NCBI GenBank assembly: GCA_965218095.1
Contig: OZ244587.1
Location: forward strand, 2,208,001 to 2,272,000
From: Candidatus Poribacteria bacterium
Lineage (GTDB): Bacteria; Poribacteria; WGA-4E; PCPOR2b
Reading direction: 5' to 3'
DNA length: 64,000 nucleotides
Shown here: positions 38,800-47,881 of the stretch, one piece after another
How positions within the stretch are numbered: position 1 is the first letter of the stretch
Layout: each line of letters starts with the position of its first letter
Made by a program: the position numbers and the translations under genes
The notes under the pieces: model-generated
Told to the model about the DNA's origin: nothing
Databases searched by the model: none
Seen by the model: only the letters and a program-made list of their open reading frames with translations

Positions 38800-41244
38800 A
38801 TGATGAAGCGATTTTACTGGATCTTCGCCTTACTCACTGTATTGAGCGTCACGATCTTCAGTGTGAACTCCCAGAGAAATTCCGAGGAAACAATTCCCGC
38901 CCGAGCTCATCAAAACACCCACCCACTTGCCCGAGATGTTCGCGTGATTCCTCCGTCTGCTACAGAGTCAATACCCACAACGCATAAATCCAGAGACTGG
39001 CAGTCCATTATCAAATCCGTCGGCATTGAGTCGGATTCAGAGAAATGTGTCAACTGTCACTTTGAAGGACAACCCCCAACACAGGCGCATCCGGAAAATC
39101 ATCTGAACCTCCATGAACCGGAGACATTCGGCTGTGTCCTTTGTCACGGCGGCAATCCACGGGCAACCGAGAAGCAGGCTGCGCATTCCACCACAGAAAC
39201 GTTGCCGTTCCTGAGCGGACGCCAAATTGAAGCGAGTTGTGGAAAGTGCCATACTGAGCCTGCGGTGCCGGGCGCCCATTCGCTCTCCGGCGGACGATTT
39301 GTGTTGAACAGATATGGCTGTGTGACCTGTCACAACCTGCCGGTAGAAATTCCCATCGCACGGTATGCGCCTCACCTAGACACAATTGGCAATAAAGTCA
39401 CCAGAGAATGGCTGGGGCAGTGGCTTGAAGACCCGACGGTTTATCTTCCAGAATCGAAGATGCCTGAAATCGAGATGACGGAGCGTGAGCGTGAAGCCAT
39501 CATCGAATTTCTCCTGACCTTGCGGGCTGATACGCTCTTCCGACCAATCCCCGGGGAAGGCAATCCCGAAAAAGGGGAAAAGATCTTCGTAGACTTTGAA
39601 TGCCAATCTTGTCATGTGGTACGCGGGGTGGGTGATAAAATCGGTCCTGCGCTTGATCAGGTCGGGACAAAGGTAAACCGCCTATGGCTCATGAACTATC
39701 TCCGCAAACCGGCAGCGTTTCATCCGAATACAAAGATGCCGGATTACGAGTTCCTGAACCAGGAGATCCTGGATGTCACCGAATATTTGCTGCGTAATTT
39801 TTCCGATGGGGCGACCGTTTTAGAAAGATTTCCGGATGATTCCCCCAATCCCACCCAAGCCCATGAGGGGTTTAAGCTCTACATCAGCAAGGGCTGCGCA
39901 CAGTGTCATGGAATCACGAAATACATGCGGGTGAATATCACCGATCAGTTGAAGCAGTGGGATATTGGCGGAGCCGTCGATCGGGTTCAAACGCATCGAG
40001 GAAAGCGAATCGAGGTCCCAGAAATCGACATGCCAGAATCGGACGCCGCATTGATGGAGATCGCTCTTTTAGCGATGCGACAAAATGACATCTATAAAGA
40101 TCTGGTGTACGATTTGGAAGAGGGAACGCTGGGACATACGGAGGGATTTTTAGAGGCATTCTGGCAGTTTCCTGTACCGCTTCAGGGAGAATTACCGGGC
40201 TATTACAATGAAACGAGCTCAAAACTCACCCCAGACTCGTGTGGAAGTTGCCATACCAAACAGTGGGAAGATTGGAAGACAACCCGCCATGCGGTTGCAA
40301 TGGGACCCGGAGTTTGGGGACAGTTAATCGGGCAGAGTCCGGGGTTCGTTGAAAACTGTTCTCAATGCCACGCGCCATTATCTGAACAACACGAATACTT
40401 GCCAACATCAGATGGCGACTACGCCGAAAATCAGCAGTATGACGCACAACTCCAAGCCCATGGGCTTACCTGTGCCGCCTGTCATGTTCGAGGCCATCAA
40501 CGCTTTGGACCTCCTTTCTCAGAAACCGCTGCTGCGGCAAATGTTTTTAGCGAAGGGCATCATGGGGGCGCAGTCGTGAGTCGAGCGTATGAAGATTCAG
40601 CTTTCTGTAAGCCGTGTCATCAATTTGAGGAAGGTGGGTTTAGTCTAAACGGGAAACTCTTGGAAAACACGTACAACGAATGGCTCGAAAGCCCCCATGC
40701 CAGGGATGGGAAAACATGTCAATCGTGTCATATGCCGGACCGCAGGCATCGGTGGCGAGGCATTCATGATCCGGAAACAGTGCGAAAGGCTCTAAAACTG
40801 AACGTCGAGATGAAGAATCAGCAGGAGAACATCGAAGCTGAAATTCGGCTGACAAACGTGGGGGCGGGGCATTACCTGCCGACCTACGTAACACCAGCGA
40901 TTTTTATCACAGTGCGGATGCTGAATTCCGCTGGAAACCCGGCGCCTGATACGGAGCAGGTGCGCGTAATTCAACGGCGAGTTCCCTTGACGCTGGACCG
41001 GGAAGTCTTTGACACCCGCATCCCCGCCGGAGGAACCTGGGCCTATACTTATCGAGCGTCTCGTCCCAAACAGGTAGACATCCTTGAAATCCGCCTTGAT
41101 GTGCATCCGGATCATTTTTACAATGGATTCTTCAAAGAATATCACGTAAACGATTGGAATGCGCAACAGCACATCGACAAAGCCTTTGAGATTACTGAAA
41201 ACAGCCCGTACCTGCTGTTGACCAAACAGATTGCTTTGGAATAA
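38800..41244 (+). CDS. Exported multiheme c-type cytochrome (11 CxxCH)
   Basis: Signal/anchor, then CVNCH, CVLCH, CGKCH, CVTCH, CQSCH, CAQCH, CGSCH, CSQCH, CAACH, CKPCH, CQSCH. C-terminal c554-like domain (TYNEW..S, NVGAGHYLPT). Confidence 0.92.
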   Translation: MMKRFYWIFALLTVLSVTIFSVNSQRNSEETIPARAHQNTHPLARDVRVIPPSATESIPTTHKSRDWQSIIKSVGIESDSEKCVNCHFEGQPPTQAHPENHLNLHEPETFGCVLCHGGNPRATEKQAAHSTTETLPFLSGRQIEASCGKCHTEPAVPGAHSLSGGRFVLNRYGCVTCHNLPVEIPIARYAPHLDTIGNKVTREWLGQWLEDPTVYLPESKMPEIEMTEREREAIIEFLLTLRADTLFRPIPGEGNPEKGEKIFVDFECQSCHVVRGVGDKIGPALDQVGTKVNRLWLMNYLRKPAAFHPNTKMPDYEFLNQEILDVTEYLLRNFSDGATVLERFPDDSPNPTQAHEGFKLYISKGCAQCHGITKYMRVNITDQLKQWDIGGAVDRVQTHRGKRIEVPEIDMPESDAALMEIALLAMRQNDIYKDLVYDLEEGTLGHTEGFLEAFWQFPVPLQGELPGYYNETSSKLTPDSCGSCHTKQWEDWKTTRHAVAMGPGVWGQLIGQSPGFVENCSQCHAPLSEQHEYLPTSDGDYAENQQYDAQLQAHGLTCAACHVRGHQRFGPPFSETAAAANVFSEGHHGGAVVSRAYEDSAFCKPCHQFEEGGFSLNGKLLENTYNEWLESPHARDGKTCQSCHMPDRRHRWRGIHDPETVRKALKLNVEMKNQQENIEAEIRLTNVGAGHYLPTYVTPAIFITVRMLNSAGNPAPDTEQVRVIQRRVPLTLDREVFDTRIPAGGTWAYTYRASRPKQVDILEIRLDVHPDHFYNGFFKEYHVNDWNAQQHIDKAFEITENSPYLLLTKQIALE

Positions 41245-41353
41245 AGACAGAAAACAAACAAGAAGATCAAGGAGGAGTAAGTGGAAGGAATGAAAAGAGG
41301 GAATTTTACGTTTCACGCCTTACATTTCACGCCTTACAGAGGAGGTAAGCTAG

Positions 41354-43000
41354 ATGATGCCTCGGCTTCTCATCCATCGGATAGCTTCCATCGCCCTTTG
41401 CCTGTGGCTGATCGCTGTTTGCTGGCAGCCCCCTGCCGTTCAAGCCCAAGATTCGTCTGAATTCACCGAGGCTGTTGAACGCTATCGCACTCGCATCCGT
41501 AAAGAACCGGAGAATCTTGAACTGCATCGGCAGATGATTGAACATGCCCGGCAAACCAATCGGTTAGCGGTCCCGCTGTACATCTACACGATCTCCTATG
41601 AGAAACAGCCCACGAACACAACTGTCCTCTATGTTTTGGGGTACAGCTATCTGATAGATGCTTCTGAAACCGCCCTGATGGAAGCTGAAAGACTTTTTCA
41701 AGCAGCAATCGCGGAGCACTCCCAGTTCGCTGAAGCTTATGTCGCTTTGGGCAGATGCTACATAGCGCAGGGGAAAACTGAGGCAGGGTTCGAGGCGTTT
41801 CAAAAAAGTCTCCAAATCAACCCCAACTTTTGGGAGGCCAACCTTGAACTTGGAAATTACTATCGTGATCAGAAGGACTATCGGTCAGCAATCGAGCATT
41901 ACATGCAGAGCCTTGCCCCACGTCCAAAAGCAGCCACCACGCACTTTAATCTCGGTACGGTGTACCGCATTATGGGCAAACTTGAGGCGGCGCGTCAAGC
42001 CTTTGCGCAGGCGAGCAAACATGATAAAAAATATGCCGATGCCTACTATCAGTTGGGGCAGATCTACGCTTTGCAGGGCAAACCGGACGATGCGCTAAAG
42101 CAGTATCGCAAGGGACAGAGGCTTGATCCAAACAACGCAAATGTTCGATACCAACTCGCGCATATCTTCCTGGACCAAAACGACGAGCGTCACGCCATCC
42201 TATCCGTGCGGAGTGCATTGGCAATAGACGCGAAATATGTGGAATATGTGGAAAGATTGGAAGATGTGAGCATATCCCGTGCTGCGGAGATAATCGCGCA
42301 AATCCTCCAGGAACACCCGGATAACGCAGACCTCCAACACTTCGCTGGTGAATTAATTCTGAAGATTGACCTTCCGGAAGGAACCCGACAATGCCTTGAG
42401 CGTTCGAAAGCCCTTGATCCGAACCTGGTGGATGCCCATTACGCGCGTGGGATTGCTTACGACCAAATGGGAGAGATGGAAAAAGCAATGGCTGAATTCC
42501 AGAAAGCGGCTGAACTCAATCCGAACGATCCAAGACCTCACCTTTATCTCGGGAAAAGATATGCGAATGGCGGACAACCCCGGAAGGCGATTTCCGCTTT
42601 TGCGAAAGCCATCGAAGCCGATCCGGAGAATGTCGAGGCGCTTAAAGACTACGCCTTCTTGTGCCTCGCCTACGATGAGAAAGGCGGATGGAAGCGGGCG
42701 AAACGCGCACTTGAGACGGCAATTCAAATTCGCCCCGGCGATCCGGAAATCTTGATGAATTACGGACACACGCTCTTAATGAGCCAGGAAAATCACGAGG
42801 CGATTATCTACTATTTGCGCGCAATTGAACTCAAACCCGATTGGGTATTGAGCCACTATAACTTGGCAATTGCTTATGAAACAATTGGGAAAAAAAAACT
42901 CGCCTTAGCGGAATACCAAAAGGTGATGCAACTCGATTTGGAGGGGAGTTACGGCGAAAAGGCGTCGGAACGCATCCGGGTTTTGGAGGAGGAGAAGTGA
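41354..43000 (+). CDS. Exported TPR-repeat protein
   Basis: GGAGG RBS; signal peptide (AVQA|Q); many TPRs. Confidence 0.88.
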   Translation: MMPRLLIHRIASIALCLWLIAVCWQPPAVQAQDSSEFTEAVERYRTRIRKEPENLELHRQMIEHARQTNRLAVPLYIYTISYEKQPTNTTVLYVLGYSYLIDASETALMEAERLFQAAIAEHSQFAEAYVALGRCYIAQGKTEAGFEAFQKSLQINPNFWEANLELGNYYRDQKDYRSAIEHYMQSLAPRPKAATTHFNLGTVYRIMGKLEAARQAFAQASKHDKKYADAYYQLGQIYALQGKPDDALKQYRKGQRLDPNNANVRYQLAHIFLDQNDERHAILSVRSALAIDAKYVEYVERLEDVSISRAAEIIAQILQEHPDNADLQHFAGELILKIDLPEGTRQCLERSKALDPNLVDAHYARGIAYDQMGEMEKAMAEFQKAAELNPNDPRPHLYLGKRYANGGQPRKAISAFAKAIEADPENVEALKDYAFLCLAYDEKGGWKRAKRALETAIQIRPGDPEILMNYGHTLLMSQENHEAIIYYLRAIELKPDWVLSHYNLAIAYETIGKKKLALAEYQKVMQLDLEGSYGEKASERIRVLEEEK

Positions 43001-43174
43001 CGTGATTTCTAATGTCCGTTTTGGAAGGCGGATGCAACACACTGATCAATCTCTGCGTGGTTTAAGACCCCTTAGAATCTGGCAAATTGAGTCCCCTAAT
43101 TAATTCAAAGGAGGGTCGTAATTCCCGGCAATCACATTGTAGGGTGGACGCCGGGATAGTACGCTATCCCTGAT

Positions 43175-43759
43175 TTATCGTGACGATTTCAGTTGACAGT
43201 CAAATTTCCAATCCGTTGTATTCACACGCTGAGATCTGCCGGATTGATCCGGAAATAGAAGATACCCATTTTGGCAAGCATACTCATGCAGCTGCCTGGT
43301 AATCTCGACATCTCTGCGACAGTATTCCGCAACCAGATCGACCCTGCCCGCTTTCCACCACCGCACAGACTGCAAGCCATCCGCTGATTTGGATTCTCGG
43401 AATGTTGCCTTTGCAAGCGCGTCAAGACTGACGCGAAAACCCAGTGTACGGCGGATGCGCTCTAGCATATCGAAAGTCGGCGCCTGCCACAAGTTGACCG
43501 ATGTATACGGCGCAAGGACAATGTAATCAAAAGCCTTGAGATTGAATCCGACGATGAGATCTGCTTTTGCGAGTTGATCTATTAGTGCGTCAACATCGGC
43601 TTCAAGGTAGGTGGTGTATTGCTGATCGGTCGTGCTGTATGTCACAGCGACCGCGAGCTTCAACCGATCGATGTTTGACCAACCCCCGACTTCTTGGGCT
43701 GTCTTCTGCGTCTCCAAATCGAAGTAGATTATGTTTGGTTTTCTATCATTGGCGTTCAT
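43175..43759 (-). CDS. RNase H-like DEDD exonuclease domain protein (RNase_H_2/YprB-like)
   Basis: YFDLETQK, VGFNL..FDY, SLDALA.AT, YCRRDV. Confidence 0.8.
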   Translation of the reverse strand: MNANDRKPNIIYFDLETQKTAQEVGGWSNIDRLKLAVAVTYSTTDQQYTTYLEADVDALIDQLAKADLIVGFNLKAFDYIVLAPYTSVNLWQAPTFDMLERIRRTLGFRVSLDALAKATFRESKSADGLQSVRWWKAGRVDLVAEYCRRDVEITRQLHEYACQNGYLLFPDQSGRSQRVNTTDWKFDCQLKSSR

Positions 43760-43937
43760 ATTGATGACCGGCAATTGAGAATTCCTAAATTGCATCACTC
43801 ACCCTTGACAAGGTTTACCTCTCGTGATAGGATAAATAGCGAGTCAGTGAATGAAGAAATGGGTTCATGGGTAAATGCCTAAACGAGTTCATTTACCTAT
43901 CGTTTCACGTTTTACGCATTACTTCTGGAGGCCGATA

Positions 43938-45080
43938 ATGAAAATCGTTATTGCCCCTGATTCGTTTAAAGGAAGCCTGACCGCGCTGCAAGCGGCGGAA
44001 GCAATGGAAATTGGGTTACGCCATGTGTTCCCTGATGCCGACATCGAAAAAGTACCGATGGCAGATGGCGGTGAAGGCACGCTGCAATCCCTCGTTGACG
44101 CAACGAACGGAGAAATCTTGACTGAGCGGGTGCTTGATCCGCTCGGCAGTACGATTGATGCCCGGTATGGTGTCCTCGGCGACAGTGTTACAGCGGCGAT
44201 CGAAATAGCGGCAGCTTCCGGCTTAACGCTCGTTCCCTCCGATAAACGCAACCCGCTCGTCACGACAACCTGCGGCACAGGACAGCTCATCCAGGCTGCC
44301 TTAGAACACGGCTGCCGAAAGCTAATCATCGGAATCGGGGGCAGCGCGACAAACGATGGCGGCGCCGGAATGGCACAAGCGCTTGGCGCAAAGTTGCTGA
44401 CAGCGGATAGCGCGCAGATAAAACCGGGAGGGGGCTATTTGAATGAACTCAGTTCAATTGACCTTTCTGCATTAGATCCGCGCATCGCCGAAACTGAGAT
44501 AGTTGTTGCCTGTGATGTCAACAATCCACTGACGGGTGAACATGGCGCTTCCCACGTCTACGGACCTCAGAAGGGGGCAACTCCGGAAATGGTCAAGGTG
44601 TTGGACGCGAACTTGGTACATTTTGATAAGATCTTGCAGCGCGATCTTCGTAAATCTGTCGGCGACATCCCCGGTGCGGGGGCAGCCGGTGGGTTAGGTG
44701 CAGGTTTACTCGCTTTCCTTGATGCGGAGTTAAAATCAGGTGTTGAGATTGTCATCGAAACGATTCAACTCGCCAAGTGGCTTGCGGATGCAGATCTCGT
44801 CATCACCGGCGAAGGACAGATTAACTTCCAAACGGTTTTCGGCAAAACACCGGTTGGCGTCGCGAGAGCGGCGAAAACGCACGATATTCCTGTGATTGCA
44901 ATCGCCGGCAGCGTTGCTGATGGTTCTGATGGTGTTTACGATGCCGGAATTGATGCGATGATCGATATTGTGCCTGAACCGATGTCCTTAGAAATTGCAA
45001 TCGAAAACGCAGCTGTACTCATCGCTACTGCTGCCGAGCGTGCTGCGCGTTTGGTCGCAACTGGAATGAAAATGAAGTAA
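43938..45080 (+). CDS. glxK: Glycerate kinase (class I)
   Basis: MKIVIAPDSFKGSL, MADGGEG, GIGGSATNDGG, GPQKGA, GAGAAGG, ITGEG. Confidence 0.93.
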   Translation: MKIVIAPDSFKGSLTALQAAEAMEIGLRHVFPDADIEKVPMADGGEGTLQSLVDATNGEILTERVLDPLGSTIDARYGVLGDSVTAAIEIAAASGLTLVPSDKRNPLVTTTCGTGQLIQAALEHGCRKLIIGIGGSATNDGGAGMAQALGAKLLTADSAQIKPGGGYLNELSSIDLSALDPRIAETEIVVACDVNNPLTGEHGASHVYGPQKGATPEMVKVLDANLVHFDKILQRDLRKSVGDIPGAGAAGGLGAGLLAFLDAELKSGVEIVIETIQLAKWLADADLVITGEGQINFQTVFGKTPVGVARAAKTHDIPVIAIAGSVADGSDGVYDAGIDAMIDIVPEPMSLEIAIENAAVLIATAAERAARLVATGMKMK

Positions 45081-45269
45081 AACGTAATGTGTAAAATGTA
45101 TTTTATACATCCTCGTGGTTCATGTCAATTTTTTTCACTGACCTGGAAGTAACCCATGCCAGGGCTGGAGCAAGCCGAGCCTCTATAAATAAATATGACG
45201 AAAGATTTGTGTTGATTAAGCAACAAAAGATTTCATGGACGAACTTGTTGAGATCTGCGCCGGTTGGTT

Positions 45270-45330
45270 CCCCTCTCCATTTCGGTGCTTGCATCCCGAT
45301 TTATCGGGGAGAGGGGCTGGAGGAGAGGTC
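45270..45330. repeat. REP-like palindrome with CCCGAT-ATCGGG core
   Basis: CCCCTCTCC...GTGCTTGCATCCCGATTTATCGGGG..GGAGAGGGG. Confidence 0.6.
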
Positions 45331-45413
45331 AAGAAGCCAGCCACAATGGGCTCGAATTGAGAAAATCGTATCACTTACCATAGATTCTACAAAAGACATC
45401 CCCGTGCAAAAAT

Positions 45414-46364
45414 ATGACCAAATTGAAATTCGCCATCAGTGCGATTGGACTGCTAATCCTGCACACCGGAGGTACGTTTGCTGCATTTAATGACACCGGT
45501 GTAGGCGCGAGGCCGCTCGGAATGGGCGGGGCGTTCGTTGCTCTGGCTGACGATGGCGACGCGGCAAGTTACAACGCCGCGGGAATCGGCTATATTGACG
45601 CGGCCCGGATCAGTTTAACGACTGCGCAGCGGTTTAAAGGACTCATCAATTATAATTATATCGGCGGCGTATTGCCGCTTGAATCCGCTGGTTCGTTGGG
45701 CGCAAGCATCGGGATTCTCACTGAAGATTCGGAGATTTATAAAGAACAGACAATCACAGTATCTTACGGGAGAACCGTTTCGCCCAACCTTGCATTTGGA
45801 ATTAATTTCAAATTCCTCGGCGCCAACTTCGATGAACATAATGAATCCGTTCGGACCAACCCGTACTTTGCTGGCGCCTCCGCCGCTGCGATTTCGTTCG
45901 ATCTGGGTGTAATGGCGAAGCCGGTGACAGGTCTAACATTGGGGCTTTCGGCGGAAAACCTCCTCCCTGCCGACGTCAGTATCTCCGAGTCAAGCGAAGA
46001 TGATGTCCCTGCAAATATTCGCGTCGGCCTGGCGTACAGTCTCGCTTCGATTGCTGAGAGCACGCAACAGGAATCCTTACGTGAAGTACTCAAATCTGGT
46101 TTGGGACTCATTGAAGTTGCCTTTCGAGATGGAGATCGGCAGATTCACGCCGGGGCGGAAGTGTGGTTAAACAGGTCAATTGGCCTCCGGGGAGGCTATT
46201 CGCTAAAAAGCAGCGTGAATAGTGCTACCAGTATCGCTCTTGGTGGAAGCGCCAGGATTCCAATCGCCGCACTCAGCCTGCAACTGGATTACGCATTTCA
46301 GATTCTCACGGGGGATTTAGAGGACAACACAACCCAACGCTTGTCGTTGAACCTCATATTTTAG
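45414..46364 (+). CDS. PorV/PorQ-like outer-membrane beta-barrel (T9SS-associated family)
   Basis: Signal peptide; GARPLGMGGAFVALADD..A..YN.AG; alternating beta-strands; LDYA; C-terminal Phe. Confidence 0.75.
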   Translation: MTKLKFAISAIGLLILHTGGTFAAFNDTGVGARPLGMGGAFVALADDGDAASYNAAGIGYIDAARISLTTAQRFKGLINYNYIGGVLPLESAGSLGASIGILTEDSEIYKEQTITVSYGRTVSPNLAFGINFKFLGANFDEHNESVRTNPYFAGASAAAISFDLGVMAKPVTGLTLGLSAENLLPADVSISESSEDDVPANIRVGLAYSLASIAESTQQESLREVLKSGLGLIEVAFRDGDRQIHAGAEVWLNRSIGLRGGYSLKSSVNSATSIALGGSARIPIAALSLQLDYAFQILTGDLEDNTTQRLSLNLIF

Positions 46365-46373
46365 GGAAAGTGA

Positions 46374-47822
46374 ATGAAAAAGAGACAACGCTATCTCATC
46401 GTTGGGCTAATTCCGTTTTTTGCCCTGCTTTCCGGGATTGATGGTGACGCTGCTGTCACATCAACAGGCGAAATCAACGTCAAAGATGACGATCAAGGTC
46501 TTCTTCACGCAGACTCGACCGTGACGTTGATTGTTACACTCCTGATTGATCGGTCGCTTGCCAGACCTGTTGAGGAAGACATTAGGACAATCGAAATCCT
46601 ACTGCCAAATGGATTCGTTGTCGAGCAATCAAATTTTGGAACTTTTTCTCGTGATAGTCGGCAAGTTGGCGCGATGGCGGAAATCCCGGGAACCTCTCGG
46701 AATCGTCTGCGGGTTCGTTTAGACGAGGCAATCACGGATTTTGAGAACACAGTCAATGAAATTATCTTCGATACTATCTTCGATACCAGGACGCCCGATA
46801 CCATTGCCGAAGAGGTCACCTTTAGAGTGCGCCTCAGAAACTGGGAGGATCAACCAATTGGTGAGTTTATCAAACCGGGCAATGTGGATGGAATATCGAA
46901 TAATGACGACTTTACCCTGCAAGTCATCCCAAATGTTCCGCCCGAGCCCGTCGAGGGGTTTACTGTTGAGCGAGATCCGAATGGCGAAAACGACGCCATC
47001 CTCACATGGCAAAAGTCAGATGACCCGGATGTGAGCGGATATCTAATTTATCGTGATGCGGAGGAAGCAATTGACGTCAAAGTTGATAGTGGCTCAACCC
47101 GAGAAACCGAGCTCTTTATCGACGTGAATGTCACACCGGGGAACCATACCTATGCAATCGAGGCGTACAAGGGTACAAAAAGTCTGAAATCGAGCCGTTC
47201 AGAAGTCATTCCTTTTGATATTCCCAAGGACATCACATCACCTGACCCTCCCGAGAGATTGATCGTCGGCGCCTCCAGCGACGGGGTTAAAGTAACATGG
47301 GATCGTAGTTCCACTCGTGATGTCGAAAAATATAAACTCTTCTTCGGAACATTGGGGGAACCATTGACCCCTTTGAAAGACATCGACGGAAATGAGGTGG
47401 AGATTTCTGTCGAATCCAATGGGGCAGGATATCTTGATGCGAGGAGGCTTGGAGTTGGAGTTTTCATCTATGCCGTCGAAGCTATCGATGAAGCTAGTAA
47501 CAGATCGAAACGGATTACCCAAACCCTGCGAATCCTCGACAAACCGTTCCCTAATCCGTTCACTCCACTTTCAGATAACCCCGATTTCAACCGTGTTGTG
47601 TTTCCTGCCCGCGCTATTGAAGGCGTTGAAGGCGAGTTTATTGTCCTGATTTTTGACATTAACGGCGTACTTGTCAGGGAATTAAAAGCCGATCCGGACG
47701 TGCGTGAACTGGAATGGGACGGCAAAGATGAAAATGGCGATCTCGTCGAAAGCGGGGTGTACGTTTATCAGATCCAAATGGGCGAAAGTTTCGATACAGG
47801 CACGGTGATTGTTGCAAAATAG
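46374..47822 (+). CDS. Exported fibronectin-III protein with T9SS-type/FlgD-Ig C-terminal domain
   Basis: Two FN3-like units (LTWQKS.D.DVSGYLIYR; VTWDRS..DVEKY); PNPFTP...IFDING.LVREL...WDGKDENG.LVESGVYVYQI...GTVIVAK. Confidence 0.8.
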   Translation: MKKRQRYLIVGLIPFFALLSGIDGDAAVTSTGEINVKDDDQGLLHADSTVTLIVTLLIDRSLARPVEEDIRTIEILLPNGFVVEQSNFGTFSRDSRQVGAMAEIPGTSRNRLRVRLDEAITDFENTVNEIIFDTIFDTRTPDTIAEEVTFRVRLRNWEDQPIGEFIKPGNVDGISNNDDFTLQVIPNVPPEPVEGFTVERDPNGENDAILTWQKSDDPDVSGYLIYRDAEEAIDVKVDSGSTRETELFIDVNVTPGNHTYAIEAYKGTKSLKSSRSEVIPFDIPKDITSPDPPERLIVGASSDGVKVTWDRSSTRDVEKYKLFFGTLGEPLTPLKDIDGNEVEISVESNGAGYLDARRLGVGVFIYAVEAIDEASNRSKRITQTLRILDKPFPNPFTPLSDNPDFNRVVFPARAIEGVEGEFIVLIFDINGVLVRELKADPDVRELEWDGKDENGDLVESGVYVYQIQMGESFDTGTVIVAK

Positions 47823-47881
47823 TGAAACGTAAAATGTAAGAAGCACATATTCCCTTACGCAATATGCAGGAGGCGATCCAA

